A stretch of DNA of 50,099 bases, the filler included, from Catajapyx aquilonaris (taxonomy: Eukaryota): assembly GCA_000934665.2 (NCBI GenBank). It is 2 parts of 2 records of this genome, joined end to end, with 100 filler letters (N's around TTAATTAATTAA, not from the genome) between each part and the next. Parts side by side here need not be neighbours in the genome. Positions count along the whole stretch, not along the records: positions 25,158 to 50,099 come from JYFJ02005444.1; 1 more part is not named here. One strand, given 5' to 3'. Each line of letters opens with the position of its first letter. Position 1 is the stretch's first letter. The notes beneath the pieces were generated by a model. It was not told where the DNA came from, searched no databases, and saw only the letters and a list, made by a program, of their open reading frames with translations. A program made the position numbers and the translations under genes. Of the stretch, positions 34,757 to 46,900 are shown piece by piece.

Positions 34757-35196
34757 CAGGGTGTTTCAAAATTATTCCAAAAACTTCTCAGGTGATTTTC
34801 TGTGCACCAACCAACACCACTTTATAGAGGCGTCATTTGGTTTCCACAGCCTCCTTATACTGAGGTAATTAGCATTACAAAAAGGGTACCTTAAACCATC
34901 TATACTTCTATAGCATGGAAACAACATACATTTCCATCACCCCACCTACTACTTGCTACATCTATAAGATAGTAGCTTAAATTTAAATTGCCTGGTATCA
35001 CCTAAAACTTATAGAGTAATAAGGCAATGTCACAGACCACAGAGAGATGCATACTTGCGAAGATCCTTTATACCTTGTATTTGCAGCCCATTACCTCAGT
35101 AACAAGGCTGCAGACCAAATGACATCAATGCATGAAGTGATCATCTGGTCCCCAGTTTACCCAGGAAGGTTGTCAGAAACATTATGAATCACCTGG
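34757..35196. mobile_element. Degraded mariner-like MITE
   Basis: CAGGGTGTTTCAAAAT ... ATTATGAATCACCTGG with TA flanks and internal inverted similarity. Confidence 0.45.
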
Positions 35197-35311
35197 TACA
35201 TTTGAAAATTCACTCTCCTTCAGTTCTGTTCAGTAGAATGATGGGATGACGGGATGACTACTAGCCAGAGGAAATTCCCTCTTGCACTACTGCTTCTCCT
35301 GTACTGAAGAG

Positions 35312-36389
35312 CAGTGGCGTAGCGTGGGGGGGGGGGGGGGGGAGGNAAAATTCGGAGGGGCGCAAAATTACGTAAGGTGAAGTGGGGTAAGTGCATACAC
35401 GGGGCCGCCATATTGGAATGAAAATGGCTGACGACACCAAAACACGTCAGGCACTCTTTTGTGTAGCTGCACATCACATCCCCACAAGAGGTGAGCATGT
35501 CAGCCATTTTCATTCCAATATGACGGCCAGTTTATGCACTTACCCCGTGTATGCACTTACCCCACTTCACCTTACTGTATTTTTTAGAAAATAATCTGAA
35601 ATTTTTTAGATACGAAATTTTGCGCCCCTCAGAATTTTCGACGATTTTTAATTTTTTATTACGAAACACGAGTATTATATCGTAATGAAAATCGAGGGCC
35701 CTCCCACTCAGACAGTTCTTACTCCAGTATATGCAAATGGGTTATCCTATTAACTCACTTCCAGGGGGTTTCAGTAAGTAGAAAAGTTGCAAGTGGGAAT
35801 GTGCATGGAAATAATTATACGGTTCACATAAGTTATTGGCCAACTGGGAGGCGCCCCGTCCCCCACCCCTTGGATTGACGAAGTGAAAAAATCAATAATA
35901 ATGATAAAGTTTGAGGCAAAAAGTAAGCAAAAATTAGAACCATGGAGTCAGAGGCCAAAAAAGTTATGCATTCTTGTGTGATTTTCCATGAGAGTGTGCG
36001 TGTATAGATTGAGCAGTGATAATAAAATCATAAATCAAAATTGGTCCTCTTTTGTTCGAGTCAAGGAAAGAGGTGCCCCACAGTGCTAGATTTATAACGG
36101 ACCCTGGTGCAAATGTTGGAGGTTGCATATATATCTGCATTATTATGTAGAAAATTCGTTCAATATTTTGGATTTACCCTCATCTTTACTCTGCTTTCTT
36201 TGGGAAAAGATCATGTTTCTCCCTTCAGAGAATTATCCATTCCTGTACACTAGCATTAAATGCATTTTCTTTGACTACATCAGTATTTTCTTAAAATACA
36301 ATACGTGTGCTGGGGGAAGGGGGGGGGGGGGNGGGGGGCAATACTTGCCTTAATTGCCCCAGGCGCTGGCAACCCACGTTACGCCACTG
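35312..36389. mobile_element. hAT non-autonomous element
   Basis: TIR CAGTGGCGTAGCGTGGG / CCCACGTTACGCCACTG; perfect 8-bp TSD CTGAAGAG. Confidence 0.85.
35371..35577. mobile_element. pogo-like MITE nested in the hAT element
   Basis: TIR GTAAGGTGAAGTGGGGTAAGTGCATACACGGGG and its reverse complement; TA flanks. Confidence 0.75.
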
Positions 36390-36825
36390 CTGAAGAGTGC
36401 AAAGTTAAGTTAGCAAAAGTAATTTTCAAATGGGAATGTGCAACAGCATAGCAATGTCACATCTGACAAGTGGACAAAATGACATTAACAATTAATGAGT
36501 CGCAGAAAATTATATCTCATCTGGCTCAATTCTGGTCACTGCTAACCATTCACTTGGAGAAACCAGCGCTATATATTCCATTAGACGATTAGAATATTAG
36601 ATGCTACTGTCATAGATCTGTGTGTTTTCATTTGCAAAGGGACATGCAAATGTCCCATTCAGTGTGTAGGAATTATTCACTGACACATGTACAATTTCGA
36701 GAAATTGCGTTATTGTTATGCAGGTTTTGAAGTAGCATTTTAAATTTGAGCATTCTTCCATGATACCCGACCTAATGACATTTCTATATCATGTACAGCC
36801 TATTGAGTCAAACTTTCACTGTATA

Positions 36826-37278
36826 CAGGGTGAAGGAAAACTCACACCAAATCGCCAGGTAGACTGATAGTACTCACAAAACTAATATAGGGATGTGCAA
36901 TTAGTTTTTGGCGCAGTTGCATAGTTAATGCGTACGGCTCCTTTAAAATGTAGAGGGCCGGATGGTAAAATATTAGGTAAAAATGACAAGTGAACGGGTG
37001 TTGTAACCGGATTCTTACTTTGATGGGATTTGATCACCTATTACACATGGACGATGTGTTACGGACCCAAGGCTGGATTGTTCAGAGGCCCTCGAGATGG
37101 CTTATGCTTCTTTATAGCTGGCGGAACGGATGTGACGTCACAAAACTTTGACAGCGGCGTTTGCCGCAACACTCATTAACTATGCAATGGCGCCCAAAAC
37201 TAATTGCACATCCCTATATTAGTATTACGAGTACTATAAGTCTACCTGGCGATTTGGGGGGAGTTTCCCTTCACCCTG
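36826..37278. mobile_element. Tc1/mariner-type MITE
   Basis: ~120-bp imperfect TIRs starting CAGGGTGAAGG; TA TSD. Confidence 0.8.
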
Positions 37279-37467
37279 TATAGAAGACATTATGTTCAAA
37301 TGCAGTCTTTAATAATAATTCTACAGTGAGAAGTTTACTATCATGCCTATTTTAACAACCGAGGCTACTTTGGACTTGAAGCCTCTTTTGGGATTGTTAA
37401 GACCACTGTGAAGACCTAAAAAATTTGGTCACTAATGGGAAGAGCCTGAACTACTGGGATTGTGATA

Positions 37468-38167
37468 CAGGGTGCCCCACTACTTACTTCACCAGGCAAT
37501 TCTTTAATAACTTTAACATGAATGAAGACATAACAATGGAATTTGAAGTGAAGTAACCTTATTATGTGAGAAAGGAAATGGCACTACAATATGTGCTGGA
37601 AATTGCCACTATTTGTGTACAGGCGGGCCCGAACACAACGCTCTATATTTTGCAAGGTCTTGGCCCGCATGTCCTGATGGACTGCCTAAATTTCTTCGAT
37701 GATGTTTTCTTTCAAAACTTTGATGGGGCATAGTTTGTTTCGGTACACACACCCTTTCAGATAGCCCCATAAGAAGTAATCCAGCGTCATAAGAAAGGGC
37801 AAACACAGTGGCCAAAGTCCCTTCAAAATGAATAGGTCGTCTAAAAAGGACTTAATTTCGGCCATGCTGACGTGTGGCATGTGTACCAAAAACAAACCAC
37901 AATCCATTGACACCTTGAAAGAAAATATCATCCATGAAATTCACGCAGTGCCACTCAGGACATGATGGCCAAGACCATCCTAAATATTAAGCGTTGTGTT
38001 CAGGTCTGCCTGGAATCAAGTAGTGGCAATTATTTCTAGCACATGTTGTAATTCCTTTTCCTTTCTCACATAATAAGGTTAGTTCAGTTCTAATTTCATT
38101 GCAATATCTTCATTCATGTTCAAGTTATTAAAGAAATGCCAGGTAAAGTAAGTAGTGGGACACCCTG
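37468..38167. mobile_element. Mariner-type foldback element carrying transposase C-terminal remnants on both strands
   Basis: Minus: WP..TLDYFLWGYLKGCVYRNK..LKENIIEEI; plus: NKPQSIDTLKENIIHEIHAV; CAGGGTG termini, TA flanks. Confidence 0.8.
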
Positions 38168-38184
38168 TATAATACAATAAATTT

Positions 38185-38516
38185 TTTTTTTTTTTTTTGC
38201 TATACCCCATTTCAGGGACCGAGCCCTTTCAGGGGGGTGGGCTACCACCATCTGGGTGAAACTTGTATACTGTGGACAGTATTGAATGTGTTTCACGGGT
38301 AAGTAGGAGGGGATGTGCAAAGTGCATGTGCAATGTCTCATACGGTCATTTTGTGAACTCCCCCGGGTGGCTTAGTCTATCGGAAATTGCCACCCGAAAC
38401 GAAACCAGAGATGGCCCAACTCTGCACGAAAGAAGGTGGGAACCCCGGGTGGGGATTGAACCCGGGACCTTAACTTCCGTGGGCGCGCGCGTTACCGCGG
38501 CGCCACTCCGTCTCCC
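38185..38516 (-). mobile_element. tRNA-derived SINE with poly(A) tail
   Basis: A box GTGGCGCCGCGG, B box GGTTCAATCC; ~17-bp TSD TATAATACAATAAATTT; second copy at 41.4 kb. Confidence 0.85.
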
Positions 38517-38876
38517 TATAATACAATAAATTTATAATTAATGACTCTACAAGAAAACTAATTGAGGCAACAGACAAATAATAATAATTGGGTTCCCCAT
38601 ATCAAAGGTTTATCATCATTATAGCAACCAAATAAAACCTTAATAAACGAAAGTTTTCACCAACCATCTAAAAGCCTCACATTGAATTTCCCTACTCTTC
38701 TAAATGGTAAAAATGGGTAGTCATTAGGACTAGGACTCCAGATTATTAAATGAAAAGGTCACAAACATTAATTCACATATTTAATGATTGCATGGCACAT
38801 ATTACTTATGTCAAAACTATATCTCATAGGTCATACATTGTAAGTACATAAATGATAATCTAGGGTCCTTTATGCT

Positions 38877-40622
38877 TTACTTTTTGTGAGTTTTCATATG
38901 TACATCAACATGATATTTTCTCTTGAATCTATCACCACAAAGAGAGCATTGGTAAGGTCTCTCACCTGTGTGAAGGACCAGGTGACACTTGAGATTGTAA
39001 TTAGTGTGGAAGGCCATGCTACATATGTGACACTGAAAACGTTTGACTGCTGAATGAAGCTTCTTGTGCGAATACAAGTCCCCTCCTTTCTTGAACCGTT
39101 TGCCACATACATCACATCCATAGGGCCTCTCTGAGCTGTGAGTCTTTTCATGCACTGCTAAAGTCTCCCGACACTTGTAAGTTTTTCCACACATATGGCA
39201 CACATAGGGTCGTTCCAAACTGTGTGTTCGTAAATGAACTTGCACTTGCTGCATGCTCTTGAACATCTTGCCACACACCGAACAAGGATGTGGCCTGGCA
39301 TCATTGTGAACCACCTCATGCTTTTTCAGGTAAGCAAGTACGGAAAACCCTTTCTTGCAAACACTACACTCATACCTCTTTTCCTTCGTGTGAGACAATT
39401 TGTGAATGCATAAACTTCCTTGACTAAAGTAAGCCTTCTCACAGTATGGGCATTTGAATGGTTTGTTGCCAGCATGCATGTTCTGGTGAGCTACTAGACC
39501 CTGTTGAGTTTTGAACAATTTTCCACATTCACCACAGGGAAATGTTTCACCACCAGTGTGAGCAAGAGTGTGGCAATGGAAGCCTTGGCGAGTACGAAAT
39601 GATTTACCACAAATGTCGCAAACAAAAGGGCGTTCCCCATTATGTCGGCGTCTATGATACTCTAGACCAGCTGCAGAACGGTATACCTTGTCACATTCAT
39701 CACATTCATGTATGTCACAAGATTTCTTTTTGCGCACCTTGTGGTTCACATGTCTTGCAGACCTGCGACTTTTTCCAGAATCATATTCATCTCGGTTTAT
39801 CTGCTCAGTGTGCCTCTCATACTTGGACTCCTCAGGTGTGCCTTCGCTGAGAAATTTGTGCTTGCAGTTCACTTCATGTTGCTTACAATCAACAGCTGAA
39901 TCATATGGTTCTCCACATAATGTGCAATGATGTACATGAGTCCCATGCTTCTTCTCATGCAGCAATCTTTTTCTTTCACCTTTAAACTGTTTACCACAAA
40001 ACTGACACTGTTGCTTTCCAACCTCTGGCACAGAATTTGATCGGTCATGTTTTAGATCACCACCTGCTCCGTCACAACGCCTCTCATGTTGCATCTTCTC
40101 AAATGGAAATGCGAATCTACTTCCACAATACTGACATTTGTGTTTGGGCATTTTGTGTGATTCTTCATGGCTTGCTTTCCAACCTTGCCTTTTAAATCCT
40201 TTGCCACAATACATGCAATGATATTTTCCAATCTCACTATGAATGTTTGAAGATGTATCTCCATCCTGTACTGACACTGCATTTTCCAACAAGGACTCCT
40301 CACAGTTCAAATCAATTTGAAACATATGACAAGCATCTTGCAACTTTCCTATAACATCCCTTGTAGTAACAATTGATCCCGTGTAAATCAATTTCAACAA
40401 CTGCTGAAGGATTTCTGAAGGCAATTCAGGGAGAATCACAGCAACATCTTCATCAACCATCAAGCCCTTTAAAAATGGACTCACTGATGCCAAGACTAAG
40501 CGATGAGCTTTTAGATTTCCATCCATGCAGGTTAAAGTCACATCTTCATGGCCTTCGTCTTTCAGAATGTCAGCAAGACTTCCATCCACACAGGGGTGCT
40601 TCAAATATGTTGTGTCCCCCAT
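38877..40622 (-). CDS. BTB/POZ plus 14 zinc-finger transcription factor (~581 aa), single coding exon
   Basis: BTB DVTLTCMDGNLKAHRLVLASVSPFL; two C2H2+C2HC pairs then 10 tandem C2H2 fingers with HTGERPY-type linkers; ATG at 40622 follows acceptor ttccattctcag. Confidence 0.92.
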   Translation of the reverse strand: MGDTTYLKHPCVDGSLADILKDEGHEDVTLTCMDGNLKAHRLVLASVSPFLKGLMVDEDVAVILPELPSEILQQLLKLIYTGSIVTTRDVIGKLQDACHMFQIDLNCEESLLENAVSVQDGDTSSNIHSEIGKYHCMYCGKGFKRQGWKASHEESHKMPKHKCQYCGSRFAFPFEKMQHERRCDGAGGDLKHDRSNSVPEVGKQQCQFCGKQFKGERKRLLHEKKHGTHVHHCTLCGEPYDSAVDCKQHEVNCKHKFLSEGTPEESKYERHTEQINRDEYDSGKSRRSARHVNHKVRKKKSCDIHECDECDKVYRSAAGLEYHRRRHNGERPFVCDICGKSFRTRQGFHCHTLAHTGGETFPCGECGKLFKTQQGLVAHQNMHAGNKPFKCPYCEKAYFSQGSLCIHKLSHTKEKRYECSVCKKGFSVLAYLKKHEVVHNDARPHPCSVCGKMFKSMQQVQVHLRTHSLERPYVCHMCGKTYKCRETLAVHEKTHSSERPYGCDVCGKRFKKGGDLYSHKKLHSAVKRFQCHICSMAFHTNYNLKCHLVLHTGERPYQCSLCGDRFKRKYHVDVHMKTHKK

Positions 40623-41373
40623 TCTTGGCTGAGAATGGAAATTATACACCATTAAAGACAGTCACAAAATACCACAGGGGTTAGAATCAAAAGCACAAAT
40701 CTGATTTTCCCCCTCAGCAGTTGACAGGAAGTTCCATTAGGCCAAAGTTAACAATGGTCAAGTTCTCTGTTTCCAGCATTTTTCAACCACCTTAGCCTGT
40801 ACACTACCTCTTTTTCTCCCAGCTCAAAAACTACAAAAAATTAAGATAGCCACTTTGGGCAGTAACCTCCTCATAGTCAAAGCCAAGTGCATCAGACAAT
40901 TGGAACAGTAGTACACTTGAATAAACTATGCACTCCAAGGCATTATTGCCTAATACGTAAGTTTTGCCACCTCCCTGTATGGCTGTATCCAATATCCGTG
41001 TCTCACCTGCCCTCATGGCGGTTGGGACTTAAAGAGCAATCAGATGGGACATACTTTTTGTACAGTACCGTGCACAATAGCATATAACAAGTGTAAACAA
41101 CGGCTTTGGCGTTACCTGGCAACTGGGCGTGTTCGGACATCGGCATGTGGAGAGTGCTTAGCGTTCTTTCTGTCGTTGCCACTGTTTACAGGTAGCGATT
41201 GATTGGGAGTGGATGACATTCAATGTGGACCTTATATTAAATTGGCAGACAATAAGAGCATGTACCGGACTCCTTCCCGATCATTCAGTAACTCCATGCA
41301 TCCTGACTCATACTGGAAAGTGACGATAGTGTGATAATAACGAAGCGCCTTCTCAAAATAATATCCCCCTCAG

Positions 41374-41697
41374 TGGGGAGGTGAAGTGGCGCAGCGGTAA
41401 CGCTATTGATATTATTAATATTAATATTAAGGTCCCAGGTTCGATCCCCACCCGGGGTCCCCACCTTTATCCGTGCAGAGTTGGGCCATCTCTGGCTTCA
41501 TTTCGGATGGCAATTTCTGATATAGACTAAGCCACCTGGGGGAGTTCACAAAATGACCGTTAGAGACATTGCACTTGCACTTTGCACATCCCCTCCTACC
41601 TACCCTGGAGTAATTAAATAAGATCTTCTTATATGGCTCCAATTTCCGATGGTGGTAATCCACCCCCCTGAAGGATATGGTAAATCCCAATGGGGTA

Positions 41698-41770
<73 letters not shown>
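41374..41770 (+). mobile_element. tRNA-derived SINE with (TAA)n tail
   Basis: A box GTGGCGCAGCGG, B box GGTTCGATCC; body homologous to the 38.2-38.5 kb copy; TSD AATAATATCCCCCTCAG. Confidence 0.85.

Positions 41771-41776
<6 letters not shown>
41701..41776. repeat. (TAA)n microsatellite (SINE tail)
   Basis: About 25 TAA units. Confidence 0.95.
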
Positions 41777-41777
<1 letters not shown>

Positions 41778-42002
41778 TCCCCCTCAGCCCGCTTATTCCG
41801 ATGCCATGCATTGGTAAGCATGCACACACCCTTCGCTAGGTCGCCCAGCATCAATCGCTACCTGTAAACAGTGGCAACGACAGAAAGAACGCTAATTAGC
41901 ACTCTCCACATGCCGATGTCCGAACACGCCCAGTTGCCAGGTAACGCCAAAGTCGTTGTTTACACTTGTTATATGCTATTGTGCACGGCACTGTACCTTT
42001 AA

Positions 42003-43108
42003 GGTAGTTCTTGCGCTTGGAAACGGAGGGCAGGGGGTGGGGTGTTGAGCCTATGTTTATACATGGGGCGAGCTGGCCAATACCAACTTCTGCGATTGTA
42101 AGACATTTCTGCTAGTGTTTCTCTGAAACAGAGTTTTGAGTACGTGTTTCGCGTCGGATACGTTACGTGAACATTTATTTGGGGGATAATAATTCCCCCG
42201 TGCACTTTTGTCCCGGAGAAGAGCAGAAATATGGCTGTTCCAAATACCGGAAAAAGTGCGATATATCCGGCAACGTTGTATACGTTGGTAGCCCTTGTCA
42301 ACAACGTCAATGTTTCGATGTATCGATATTTTTCCCCATCGATATATCGAGTTCTCGACCCCGATTATTACATCGATATTTTAATAAAATTACAGTGATT
42401 TGAGCTTATCTGACATCGATATTTTATAAGTAAACCATCGATATATCGATATCAATACATCGATAGTCCCATCTCCCCCGCCACATTCGAACGTGCCTCT
42501 TTTGCTGGTAACTTAGGTAACTGTCTAGTCGATCAATAACTTGAGACCAGAGACCAATCTCACATACTCAATCATACACAATCATACGGTACCGGACCGG
42601 CGTTTCATTCAGAAACTCCACGGACAACACTTGCACTTCCCTTGTCAGTTACATCTTACATGCCATTCTGAAACCTAGGCGGCTCGGGACTTTCAAATCC
42701 CGAGCGAAGGCCGCCATGACGACCGTCGCTTACAGCGTTGCCACTTCGACGCCAACTGTAGAGTCCGCTCCTCACAAAGTGACGATTTGCGGGGGAAGGA
42801 CCAAGGTGACCCCTATGAAAATCGCCACTAAATTAATCACCCGACTTTCCCCCACATTAATATGGTTTTTTGTTAACATGTGAATGTTTTTAAAGAAGCT
42901 AGGGACACTTTTCTCGAGGCCCGCAGACCAGCTCCCATAAGGCTCCATGCATAAGGGGCCGCCAGAAGCCCAACTTTGAAAATTAATATCTCACAAACGA
43001 GATAGACGAACCTCTTGAAACTTCACAGGAGTATGTGCGACATGCCCAGGAATGGATTGTGTGATTTTCACGAAATTGTCAATGAATGGACTTAGCGCAA
43101 GAACTACC
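42003..43108. mobile_element. Kolobok-like non-autonomous element
   Basis: TTAA TSD; TIR GGTAGTTCTTGCGCT / AGCGCAAGAACTACC. Confidence 0.75.
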
Positions 43109-43170
43109 TTAAGGCTCATCTGCCACTCTGATGCCTACCATTTAGTCTGCAAGTCACAGGAGATGATTAA

Positions 43171-43953
43171 GGCCGGAATCGCGGTGTCTCCCACATGTAT
43201 GCCCCTGCAAGTCACGTGAAGCCTGTAAACATGGCGGCCGGTAAAGGGGCCTTATATCTAAAGGAGAAGTCCATCGTGGTGAACTAGCTATCGGCTCTTT
43301 AATCGGCCGGACTCAACCCCCAGATATCACTTGCAAAGCCTGGTATTCGTGACGCAATGGGCTCTAACAGCCAATCCCGGAACAGGCTTCTCGCATGTGG
43401 GGTGTGTGTAGGTGGGGGCACGGGTGGGGGTGGGGGTTTCTCTGTCAGGTTGGGGGGTAGGGTGGTAATCCTCGGCGTAGGGCCCTAGGTGCGCAATGTG
43501 AACCATGTGGCCAGCGGGCAGTGCATATCCTTCCCGACTATACAATGAGCATCCAAACTGGCCCTCGGGCTGCCCCTGGGTGCACCCCACACCATTGCAT
43601 TGCATTCGGTTGGGGATGTGATGATAAATCCGACATTACAGAACTGAGAACGCACATTCAAAGTGGCCCCGGGGCGCCCCGGGGCCGCCCCAAGCCCCAT
43701 GCCTCCCCCGGGCACTCTCCCCCGCAACCTGAAGCAAACCCGGCCCCACCAAAACTCCCTGGGGGCCTGAAAAAGCCCAGGGCCAACACTCCCATAAGTC
43801 CTACGGAATCTGGAGAGGTCCCGTGGATTTACAGGATGATTTCAATCGTGCGCCTCCCGTAACTTTTCACCACGGTGGCGTCCGTCATCCGTATGGGAGT
43901 TACGTCACAATTTATGCCCCTGCAGACTTACGCGAGCCACCACGATTCCGGCC
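43171..43953. mobile_element. PIF/Harbinger-like element
   Basis: TIR GGCCGGAATCGCGGTG / CACCACGATTCCGGCC; TAA TSD. Confidence 0.75.
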
Positions 43954-46900
43954 TAAATATCTGTCCCAATGTTCCTGGACTTATTCATAACCAGTTCTGT
44001 GTATTGTTGACTGCCTCCCTTTCATCTGAACGGATCTTATAACTTTCCTACCCAGTATCACATCTCCAGATATTTGCCACTTTAGTCAAAATTTCCAGGA
44101 GTCAGGTAAATTTCTCTAAGTTTCAACTTGATTTACACATCAAAAAGTATTGAGGCACTGTATTTTTTAAAACCAGTTTTTCTTGGATGGGGTCATATGT
44201 TAGTGGATATGTTTGGTCTCATCAAGATGCTATACAAATGGAAAGTACGTGATAACTAAACTCCTATCTTTTGGTCCCATTAATAAACATTGTACTGTAA
44301 TAATAACAACATAAAATTCACAGGCGTCGTCCTGCCTGCAAGTGGTCGGACAGAAATCAAGGGGCAAAGCAAAAAGTGCCACCTTACTAGTGTAATTTGG
44401 AGAGATTATGTTACTGCATGTGAATTTAAACAAGAAAGTAAATTAGTCACCTATTGCACACAGCCACTAAAATGGCTCTTGTCCTGCTGAAAAGACGATA
44501 TTCCTTGCTGATCCTTTGCTGATCACCAGAATACCACAAGTGACTTATACTTGTCCCCTGGAAAAAAAAAATTGCAATAATAAATGTCACATACAGTATG
44601 TCCCGATGTCCCAACTGGGATGTCATTCAGTAGTCAATTTTTTCACACTAATATTAAGTACGCCTACCCAGTTTCTACTGCACTGGAGGGAAACAGGAGA
44701 AAGACTTTGCCAAAGGAAATCTTTCAAAAATTGAAAAGAAATCATGCTCCAAACACAATGGAAAAAAGGTTTAATTGCCACAGAAAGCAATAGGAACCCA
44801 CAATAAATTTTCTTTTAATATTCATGGCATTAGTAGCTGGCATCCTCTTCAAGTCACATTGGTCACCAAAATTTACCTTTCATGAAACTGACAATTATGC
44901 ACAACTGGTTGTAGGTTACATTGTGACATCCCCCACATATGCAGTATTACAATGGTCAAGAAGTAGCATGCTACCTATAATTGAAGACCTCGGGGGGAGA
45001 AAGATCAAGGTCCACTTTTTGTCAAAAATGAGTTACATATCTCAGAAGATACTTTCCCTAGTATAGAATATGCTCCCACACCCAGTCCCCCACCCACCCA
45101 ACAACAACCACATCCCCGCCCCACTCCACCCACCTCATGACATTCCATTCTACACCCTGACCGCCTCCCCTCCTGTTCCACCAATCCATCCCTGTATTGT
45201 TGGCCAGTTGGCTCTACTGTCAGGTTCTTGACGACCATGAACAGTTTGTTCTTGGAACGGGTCAGGACATGTTCTGATTAACCTGGCTGTTCGAAGGCCA
45301 AAGCGATTAACAATACTCTGTACTCCCGATTATCCATGCATCTGCAAAAAATTCAATTAAAAATAAAAGTCCCAGAAAATGTCAATATGTCTCGCAAACT
45401 AAGAAATCAAACTAATTATTATTTGCACTTGGAGTCCAAATTTGAAGGAAAAGGGAGGGGGTCTGAATTTGGAGCACTTTTTCTGGAGCATCATTTTTGG
45501 AGACTTTTACTAAATTAAAAAATGCCATTAACTTGGAATATTTACGTAGATTTTGTTATAGCCAGTTTTTAGGTAACTAATGAAAGAATCTTTTGACATC
45601 GATCGAGGAATTAAGTGTAACTTTACATTTAGGAAGTTATACAGGAAAAACCAATTGGGGGCCCGCATTTGGCAACTTTCCTCTATGTTCAGTGAAAGTT
45701 CAGGTATGTCCTGTCAATGTCCTGTCTATGTCATCAATGTTCAGTTTTCAATACAAATGTTCCATGAACATGAGTAAAAATTCAGCACTGGACATTGAGT
45801 TTTTGTCCAATTGTCAATGTCCTTTAAATAGCCAAGTAGATGTGTGGCATGAACCTACACTGGTGCTTACAGAAAGTGCATCACCTACTATCCATATCAA
45901 AAACATAACAGTGTCACCTAAATTGGCACCTAAATTGCAGATACAGTAAGTACCAGTTTTATGCTAGTAATTGGTTCCAGCAACATAGAGGCGTAAAGTG
46001 AATCAGTGTAACAAGAGACAAAATTATAATGGACGTAAATGAGATAGACTTTTCCAAAATTCCCAAAAATTTCCCTCAGACAGTACTTAGATTGCAGTTT
46101 TTAATGCTGAATATTTGAAACATTTATTATGCACATTTAATGGGAGGTTCCAGGTTGAGGGTCTTCCGCAACCCCCTGTCACTCCTACGATACGGTAGTT
46201 GAATATAAAAGTCTCCGGCAGACCTGGAATTTGGCGCTGGCGCACCCCCACAGGAATATATCAGTGGCAGCCACCCAAATCCTAGTCTGCAAACACCCTC
46301 TGAGGAAAGGACGGCTTGGGTTGGTTCCGAAGGCGGCCAACCTGAACCGACCCCTCAGTAGATTCCTGTGGGGGGGGCCAGTGCCAAACTCCCAGCATGG
46401 CGGAGACTTTTATATTAAACTACCATCAACACAGAGCTAGGCTGGAAGACAGGGGGCTGGTCATCAGGTTCTGAGGGCTCTTTTCCCTTCCTTGGGCAAG
46501 AACTGCAGTAGACATAGGGTATTTAACAAACTTCGGGGAGTGCCAAGACCAACAATACGGTACTGTATTTATTGATAGACCAAGCCACAAGGCACCACGA
46601 AAAACAACGGTCGTGTGTTTGGACTCAGAGGAGTTGCAGTGATGTGTTTATGTTTAGATTGTGTTATCTTCAAATTTTTCACAAATTTTCAAACAGGCGC
46701 TAATGTGAAACGGCATAAAATGGGTACTTACTGTACTGATGCATTTAAAAATTCATGTCTTATAATATTACAAGAAAGCCTGATTCAAGGACTCTAACTG
46801 GGTACCAACAATTCCTGATGTAAATGACCAAGGCAAAAGATATATCATTTTTAATTTTATTTTAAGCATCCCAGTTGTTATGAGAGTCAGAAAACTTTTC

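Larger units (their letters stand above)
41063..41993. mobile_element. Tc1/mariner-type MITE with ~140-bp TIRs, carrying a SINE insertion
   Basis: CAGTACCGTGCACAATAGCATAT... / ...ATATGCTATTGTGCACGGCACTG; TA flanks. Confidence 0.8.

Noticed and set aside
38440..38516. tRNA gene
   Set aside because: tRNA-like head continues into a SINE body with tail and TSD; no proper acceptor stem
1490..40622. RING, F-box and BTB as one cullin-adaptor supercluster
   Set aside because: The BTB gene is a zinc-finger transcription factor and lies across an artificial contig join
41600..41867. Poly-Ile and poly-Leu ORFs
   Set aside because: (TAA)n SINE tail
45220..45300. VLTRSKNKLFMV resembling Upf1-like helicase motif VI (minus strand)
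   Set aside because: Short isolated match with no other helicase motifs in frame
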